DNA of 64,000 nucleotides from an uncultured Planctomycetales bacterium (GTDB taxonomy: Bacteria; Omnitrophota; Gorgyraeia; Zapsychrales; Zapsychraceae): NCBI GenBank assembly GCA_964535935.1, contig CAZHWM010000004.1, positions 47,569 to 111,568 on the forward strand. The letters are read 5' to 3'. A model generated the notes under the pieces. The model was not told the origin of the DNA. It made no database searches and worked only from the letters and a program-made list of their open reading frames with translations. Below, piece after piece: positions 58,072-64,000 of this stretch (within the stretch, counting starts at the first letter, position 1; every line of letters starts with the position of its first letter). Both the position numbers and the translations under genes were made by a program.

Positions 58072-58632
58072 ATGAAATTATTTTATTATATTATTATTTC
58101 AATAGTGTTAATGATTACTCCTATTGCTACTTTTGCCCAGACTGGAAAGCAGGTTTTTCATATGGCATTTGATAATTGTAATAGATATAAAGATGTGGTA
58201 GTTGATGAGGTGTTGTCTGTTAATACATTCAGGTTAAAGGATGGGGAGAAGGTTAGACTTATAGGTCTACGTGTACCAAAAGAATTTGTATTGAAAAAGA
58301 AAGATAAAAAGAGACGTGATAAATATGGGTTTGTAATTAAAGAAAAAGAGCCTCCATTTACTCCTTTTAATGAAAAGGCTATTAATTTTGTCCGAAATTT
58401 AATAGAAGGTAAGCATGTCAGGCTTGAATTTGATGTAAAAAAGACAGATGAGAATTATGTTACATTGGCGTATGCTTTCTTGATAAAAGATAATACCTTT
58501 GTCAACGGAGAGATATTACGTCAAGGATTTGCCTACTTGTCATTAGGGCCTTTAAATAAAAAATACGAGAAACAGTTAAAGTCAGCATATCAGGAGGCGA
58601 AAAGAGAACTGCGAGGTGTTCATGGTCAATAA
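58072..58632 (+). CDS. Secreted thermonuclease (SNase-like) family protein
   Basis: Signal peptide, then conserved SNase core (…FRLKDGEKVRLIGL…VTLAYAFL…GEILRQGFA). Confidence 0.7.
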   Translation: MKLFYYIIISIVLMITPIATFAQTGKQVFHMAFDNCNRYKDVVVDEVLSVNTFRLKDGEKVRLIGLRVPKEFVLKKKDKKRRDKYGFVIKEKEPPFTPFNEKAINFVRNLIEGKHVRLEFDVKKTDENYVTLAYAFLIKDNTFVNGEILRQGFAYLSLGPLNKKYEKQLKSAYQEAKRELRGVHGQ

Positions 58633-58723
58633 TTTATTTCTTATCTTTTGGCCTAATTCTTATCAGATATCTTTTTCTCATAGAACGTGATTGGGAAGTC
58701 AGGAAGCATTTTTAAGGCATATT

Positions 58724-59716
58724 ATGGATTTAGTTGTTTCGGTTAAAAACAGTATTATATGTAATGGATTGGTAAGTGCGGGGGATAAGATTATTATAGG
58801 TGTTTCTGGGGGGCCGGATTCAGTTGCTCTTCTTTATGCTATGAATAGGCTTAAATATGAATTAGGGATACAGTTGCATATTGCTCATTATAATCACTGT
58901 ATGCGTAAATCTTCTGATGCAGATCAGAGGTTTGTTGAAGCTTTGTCAAATAGGCTTAATATATCATGTACGATTGGCATATGGAAAGGTTATAATGATA
59001 ATCTAAGATATGGTTCTTTGGAAGAGTCGGCACGGAAAGCACGGTTTGATTTTTTTATTCAGGTAGCACTAAAACAAAATGCAGCGGCTGTTGCATTGGC
59101 ACACAATGCAGATGACCAGGCAGAAACTATATTAATGCGTATTTTAAGAGGGACCGGAGCCCTAGGTATACGTGGCATGTTGCAGGACAGAAAGATAAAC
59201 AATGTTAGGTTTATAAGACCTATGTTACAAGTAAGTCGTTGCGATATAGAAAGATATCTTAAGGACAATAATATATCATTTAGGATAGATCCTACCAATA
59301 AACAACTTAAATTTTTTCGTAATAAGATAAGACATAAATTGCTCCCACTTATTGAGGCTGAATATAATAGTGGTGTTAAAGGCGTTTTATCAAATCTTGC
59401 AGATGTTGCGGCTGCTGATTACGATTATATTGAACAGCAGGCAGAAAAGGCCTTTTTAAAGATAGTTCAGTGTAAGAAAAAAGGTGTGTATATAGACTTA
59501 AAACGATTTATGAGAAAGCATGTTGCTTTAAGGAGAATGATTTTACGTATGGCCATAGAATATGTTAAAGGAGATATTAGGCGTATAGAGCTAAGACATA
59601 TGAAAGAAATAGAGAATATGATTAGGAATCGTCCTGTTGATAGTGTTGTTAATCTACCTGCAGGAATTAGTGTAGTAAAGGTTAGTAAAGATATTGTAAC
59701 CATAAGACAAAATTGA
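58724..59716 (+). CDS. tilS: tRNA(Ile)-lysidine synthetase
   Basis: GVSGGPDSVALL PP-loop; the listed ORF starts at TTG 58691; the first ATG is at 58724. Confidence 0.8.
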   Translation: MDLVVSVKNSIICNGLVSAGDKIIIGVSGGPDSVALLYAMNRLKYELGIQLHIAHYNHCMRKSSDADQRFVEALSNRLNISCTIGIWKGYNDNLRYGSLEESARKARFDFFIQVALKQNAAAVALAHNADDQAETILMRILRGTGALGIRGMLQDRKINNVRFIRPMLQVSRCDIERYLKDNNISFRIDPTNKQLKFFRNKIRHKLLPLIEAEYNSGVKGVLSNLADVAAADYDYIEQQAEKAFLKIVQCKKKGVYIDLKRFMRKHVALRRMILRMAIEYVKGDIRRIELRHMKEIENMIRNRPVDSVVNLPAGISVVKVSKDIVTIRQN

Positions 59717-59906
59717 ATTTTATGCTAAGCTAAGAAATCAGTTATTTTAAATATTTATAGTAATATTTCTTGGAAAGTGTATTTAATTCCTTGCATAAAT
59801 TGTATAATAGATTATAATCGTTAACAATTGGTAATAAAAAAATATAATGTAATTAATTAAAAATATAAATTATAAAAAGTATTATTAAAAGAAAGAAGAA
59901 CAGACA

Positions 59907-61925
59907 ATGGCAGAATCAGAATATAAACCAGAATTAAATAAACGAAGAGTAAAAAAACGGTTGGGGAAAAATAATCAGCCTGCTGGGAATTGGCTATTTT
60001 GGATATTGGCCTTTACGTTTTTAATAATAATGAGTCAGCCTGGGCCTATGACAGGAGGGATTGGTTCTGTAAAGGAGATAAGTTATAGCGATTTTTATTC
60101 AAGTCTTCTACATAATAAAGAGACAGGTAAGATACAGAGCCTTGAATTAATTGAAGATACAGAAAATATAATCAGGGGAAAATTTAGTGATGGTTCTAGA
60201 TTTGAGGTAAATATTCCAAAAGATGATCCTAAGATTATTGAATTGATAAGGAAGAATGTGCCGGAATTTTATGTGAGGCCTCCACATACTTTATTGGGTA
60301 ATATATTTTTTAATTTTATGCCGGTGTTTCTTATTATAGCATTTTTTTGGTATCTATCTAATAGAGGGGCACAGATAGGTAATAAATTATGGTCTTTTGG
60401 AAAGTCTCGGGCAAGGATGAGTACAAAGGATAACAAGGTTACTTTTAAAGATGTTGCAGGAGTGGATGAGGCTAAAGAAGAGTTACAGGAGGTTATAGAG
60501 TTTTTAAAGGATCCTAAGAAATTTCAACGTTTGGGAGGTAAGATTCCCAAAGGTGTCTTGTTGATAGGTCCGCCTGGAACGGGTAAGACTTTGTTAGCAA
60601 AGGCAGTTGCCGGTGAGGCAGGAGTTCCTTTCTTCTCCTTAAGTGGTTCTGATTTTGTTGAGATGTTTGTGGGGGTTGGAGCATCTCGTGTCCGTGATTT
60701 GTTTGAGCAAGGTAGAAAGGCATCTAAGACATCAGGTAAAGGGGCGATTATATTTATCGATGAAATTGATGCTGTGGGTCGCCAGCGTTTTTCAGGTATA
60801 GGTGGCGGCAACGATGAGAGAGAACAAACTTTAAATGCCCTTTTGGTAGAGATGGATGGGTTTTCAACTCAAGGGGGGCTTATACTTATAGCTGCTACTA
60901 ATAGACCTGATACATTAGATCCTGCTTTGTTAAGACCCGGTAGGTTTGATAGGCGGATAGTGGTGGGATTGCCAGATATTAAAGGCCGGGAAGGCATATT
61001 AAAGGTGCATGCAAAGGAAATAGTGTTGGATAAGGATGTTGATTTAAAGAAAATAGCAAGGCAGGCGGTATATTTTTCAGGAGCAGATTTGGCTAATGTG
61101 TGTAATGAGGCTGCACTTTTGGCTGCACGAAGAGGTAAATCTGCGGTAGGAATGGACGAATTCTATGCAGCAGTTGAACGGGTTACTATGGGACCAGAGA
61201 AAAAAAGTAGAACCATTTCAAAAGAAGAACGAGAAATAACAGCATATCATGAATCTGGTCATGCCCTTTTATCTCTGTTAATTGATGAGGTCGATACCTT
61301 TACCAAGGTATCTATTATCCCTAGAGGAATAGCAGGAGGATACACTCTTACTCCACCAAAAGAAGATAGGCATTATTTAAATACAAAACAAATAAAAGGG
61401 CAGATGGCTGTAATGTTAGGGGGGATGGTCGCAGAAAAACTACATTTTGGTGATACTTCTACGGGTGTATCTAATGATTTGGAGAATGTAACAAAGTTGG
61501 CACGTAGTATGGTGTGTGATTATGGTATGAGCGAGGGATTAGGGTCGCTTTCTTATGGTCAACATGAACATGCGCGTTTTTTAGGTAGGGATATTTTTGA
61601 TCAGAGATTATATAGTGAGGAAACTGCAAAAAGGATTGATGAGGAGATGCAACGAATAGTGAAAGAGGCATATGCACGAGCAGAGAAGTTGTTAAAAGAA
61701 AATATAGATAAACTTGATTTATTGGCTACAAGGCTTATCCAGAAAGAGGTTATAAGTATAGAAGAGGCTATGGAATTGTTGGGAATAGAATCTAAGGATG
61801 AAAATAAAGAAGCTGACGAGGATAATGAAGATTCAATGCAAGAAGGTGATTCCAATAGCTCAGAACAATCAGAAGAGTCGGGTGAAGAGGGAAAAGATTT
61901 TGAGAGTACCCAATCAGCAACTTAA
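59907..61925 (+). CDS. ftsH: ATP-dependent zinc metalloprotease FtsH
   Basis: N-terminal TMs, AAA Walker [17 protein letters not shown] zinc site (HESGHAL); acidic C-terminal tail. Confidence 0.95.
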   Translation: MAESEYKPELNKRRVKKRLGKNNQPAGNWLFWILAFTFLIIMSQPGPMTGGIGSVKEISYSDFYSSLLHNKETGKIQSLELIEDTENIIRGKFSDGSRFEVNIPKDDPKIIELIRKNVPEFYVRPPHTLLGNIFFNFMPVFLIIAFFWYLSNRGAQIGNKLWSFGKSRARMSTKDNKVTFKDVAGVDEAKEELQEVIEFLKDPKKFQRLGGKIPKGVLLIGPPGTGKTLLAKAVAGEAGVPFFSLSGSDFVEMFVGVGASRVRDLFEQGRKASKTSGKGAIIFIDEIDAVGRQRFSGIGGGNDEREQTLNALLVEMDGFSTQGGLILIAATNRPDTLDPALLRPGRFDRRIVVGLPDIKGREGILKVHAKEIVLDKDVDLKKIARQAVYFSGADLANVCNEAALLAARRGKSAVGMDEFYAAVERVTMGPEKKSRTISKEEREITAYHESGHALLSLLIDEVDTFTKVSIIPRGIAGGYTLTPPKEDRHYLNTKQIKGQMAVMLGGMVAEKLHFGDTSTGVSNDLENVTKLARSMVCDYGMSEGLGSLSYGQHEHARFLGRDIFDQRLYSEETAKRIDEEMQRIVKEAYARAEKLLKENIDKLDLLATRLIQKEVISIEEAMELLGIESKDENKEADEDNEDSMQEGDSNSSEQSEESGEEGKDFESTQSAT

Positions 61926-62004
61926 GAGAAAAAGAAGATGGCGTAGAGATTTTGTTGTTTGCTGTGGTAATTATAAGTTGTCTCTTGGAAAACGTACTGT
62001 TGTG

Positions 62005-62811
62005 ATGGGTATAATTAATTGTACTCCTGATTCGTTCAGTAAAGACGGGTGTCTGAGTCCATCATATGAAAATCGGGATAATTTTGTCCATAAGGCAGAA
62101 CGTCGTGCATTAAAATTTATTAAAGAGGGTGCTGATATTATTGATATAGGTGGTGAGTCTAGCCGACCAGGAGCAAGTCGTATAACTGCAAGAGAAGAGG
62201 CTGAGAGGGTTATTCCTGTAATTAAGTCGCTTGTCAAAAAGATACGGGTGCCTATTTCTGTAGATACCTATAAACCCCTTGTAGCTAAAAAGGCACTGGA
62301 TGTGGGGGCATGTATAATAAATAATATTATGGGGACAAGATTGGATGATAGATTGCTGTCTATGGTAAGAGATTATGGGGCAGCAATAATATTGATGCAT
62401 ATTCGCGGCACGCCTTCTACTATGCAAAAGAATATTTCTTATAATAATCTTATAAATGATATTATATGTGAACTTAAGGATTCTATTAACAGGTGTTTGG
62501 ATATAGGTATAGACCCGGCTAGGATTATAATTGATCCAGGCATAGGATTTGGCAAAACGGTTGAAGATAATCTTAAGATAATAAATAGATTGGAAGAATT
62601 TGGAAAATTAAAATATCCTATTTTGATAGGTCCCTCACGCAAATCTTTTATAGGAAAGATACTTGATAAACAAGTAAATAAACGGCTGGCAGGGACTATA
62701 GCCTCTGTATGTGCATCGGTTGTTAGAGGAGTACATATTGTTCGAGTACATGATGTCAGGGCAGTTAAGGAAGCGGTTACTATAATGGATGAAGTGCTAA
62801 ATTCTGAATAA
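62005..62811 (+). CDS. folP: Dihydropteroate synthase
   Basis: MGIINCTPDSFS…DIGGESSRPG motifs; the true start may be TTG 61978; the listed ORF extends back into ftsH. Confidence 0.8.
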   Translation: MGIINCTPDSFSKDGCLSPSYENRDNFVHKAERRALKFIKEGADIIDIGGESSRPGASRITAREEAERVIPVIKSLVKKIRVPISVDTYKPLVAKKALDVGACIINNIMGTRLDDRLLSMVRDYGAAIILMHIRGTPSTMQKNISYNNLINDIICELKDSINRCLDIGIDPARIIIDPGIGFGKTVEDNLKIINRLEEFGKLKYPILIGPSRKSFIGKILDKQVNKRLAGTIASVCASVVRGVHIVRVHDVRAVKEAVTIMDEVLNSE

Positions 62812-62838
62812 TTTTATATAGTAAGGGCGTGTGTTGTT

Positions 62839-63618
62839 ATGTCTCTTTCTGTAGTATGGGGAATAATAAAACCAGGACTTGAGATAATAATTTTGTGGAT
62901 TGTATTTTATAGAATACTTGTTTTTTTTGAGGGAACAAGGGCGTTTCAGGTTTTGAAAGGTATTACTTATCTGCTTGTTATATTTTTAATATCTCAGTTA
63001 TTAGGTTTTGAGATATTAAACTGGCTTTTGACCAAATTTTTTGCTATATCAATAATCGCCTTTCTTATTATATTTCAACCTGAATTAAGGCAGGGATTGG
63101 CACGTCTGGGACAACAGCATCTTTTTTCTATAGGCCTTGAGGAATCTGAGATAGTAGAGATCATAGAAGAGATTGTGGCTGCAGTACATAAACTCTCACG
63201 TAAGAAAACAGGTTGTCTTATAGCTATAGAGAGAGAAACTAAGCTACGACCTTATATTGAGACAGGGGTACATATAGATACTAAGATATCATCTGAATTG
63301 ATACAAAGTATATTTAATTCACAGTCGCCATTGCATGATGGAGGGCTCATTATACGGGGGGACCGTATGGTCGCTGCATCGTGTCTTTTCCCTCTTTCTG
63401 ATAATCCTAATTTTAATAAAATAATAGGTACTCGACATAGGGCAGCACTCGGTATTACGGAACAGACAGATGCTATAGTGGTGATGGTTTCGGAAGAGAC
63501 TGGGGATATTTCTCTTGCTGCTGATGGGAGGTTTATTCCAATTGTAAATAGAGAACGACTTGTCAATCTGTTAAAAGGACTTTTGGTTAGAGAACGAAAA
63601 GGAAAGAAGAAATCATGA
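62839..63618 (+). CDS. cdaA: Diadenylate cyclase (c-di-AMP synthase)
   Basis: Three N-terminal TM helices, DAC domain with DGG(L) and RHRAA(L)G motifs. Confidence 0.9.
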   Translation: MSLSVVWGIIKPGLEIIILWIVFYRILVFFEGTRAFQVLKGITYLLVIFLISQLLGFEILNWLLTKFFAISIIAFLIIFQPELRQGLARLGQQHLFSIGLEESEIVEIIEEIVAAVHKLSRKKTGCLIAIERETKLRPYIETGVHIDTKISSELIQSIFNSQSPLHDGGLIIRGDRMVAASCLFPLSDNPNFNKIIGTRHRAALGITEQTDAIVVMVSEETGDISLAADGRFIPIVNRERLVNLLKGLLVRERKGKKKS

Positions 63619-63713
63619 AAGAGAAATTATTATATAATTTAGGATTAAAGTTAATTGCATTGGGGTTGGCTATTATAACGTGGATTTACGTTCATGGTGA
63701 GTTGGTTAAGTAA
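63615..63713 (+). CDS. 32-aa single-TM mini-protein (possible vestigial CdaR/YbbR N-terminus)
   Basis: MKEKLLYNLGLKLIALGLAIITWIYVHGELVK; its ATG overlaps the cdaA TGA (ATGA), the arrangement used for cdaA-cdaR coupling. Confidence 0.35.
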   Translation: MKEKLLYNLGLKLIALGLAIITWIYVHGELVK

Positions 63714-63773
63714 GAGATAAGTAAGAGAAGTTTTTTACTAAATATGAATAGAATTAGATAAGGAGAATTTAAT

Positions 63774-64000
63774 ATGCCTAAACTAGGAGTGAATATTGAC
63801 CATGTTGCGACCTTGCGGCAGGCAAGAAAAGAATTTGACCCTGATCCTGTGATGGCAGCAGAGGTTTGCGAGGCAGCAGGTGCTGATAGTATTGTTGCAC
63901 ATTTGCGGGAGGATAGGAGGCATATTAATGATAATGATATTGTTTTATTGAGAAAAAAAATAAAGACAAAGTTTAATTTGGAGATGTCTATTAATAAAGA
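63774..64000 (+). CDS. pdxJ: Pyridoxine 5'-phosphate synthase (5' partial; continues beyond the window)
   Basis: [19 protein letters not shown]-terminus diagnostic of PdxJ; AGGAG RBS. Confidence 0.8.
   Translation, partial: MPKLGVNIDHVATLRQARKEFDPDPVMAAEVCEAAGADSIVAHLREDRRHINDNDIVLLRKKIKTKFNLEMSINK

Overview
Low-GC (~35%) bacterial chromosomal segment with tightly packed, mostly plus-strand genes. The gene content (hybrid-cluster protein, rubrerythrin, desulfoferrodoxin, flavodiiron protein, and di-myo-inositol-phosphate synthesis genes) points to an anaerobic, probably thermophilic organism. Contents in order: rplM-rpsI; a complete argCJBDFGH operon; a contiguous DapL-variant lysine pathway (lysA-dapF-dapA-dapB-dapL); folK-panC-nadX-like; a histone H1-like protein; uvrA; a large TPR protein followed by exbB/tolQ-exbD, three small unknown membrane proteins and a type IV pilus-like cluster (pilM-N fusion, pilO, pilP, secretin, pilB, pilC, pilA, three pseudopilins) ending at tRNA-Ala(CGC); an Rrf2-HD-hcp operon convergent with a minus-strand oxidative-stress operon (PerR-like regulator, DUF2400-like protein, rubrerythrin, desulfoferrodoxin, ferritin, flavodiiron protein, flavin reductase); a B12-radical SAM enzyme; rsmE; a GT39-TPR membrane protein; an apparently iron-regulated operon (fur, DUF5320, two NifX-like Nitro_FeMo-Co proteins, a SAM methyltransferase, two MinD-type ATPases with 4Fe-4S domains, DUF89, an MBL hydrolase) that is the best candidate for an undescribed system; MIPS plus an IPCT/DIPPS fusion; htpG; an unlisted small ferredoxin; an SNase-like nuclease; tilS-ftsH-folP-cdaA with a vestigial cdaR; and the start of pdxJ. 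No CRISPR arrays, IS elements or rRNA genes were seen. Start codons were refined by eye from RBS context; every family assignment is from motif recognition without database searches.
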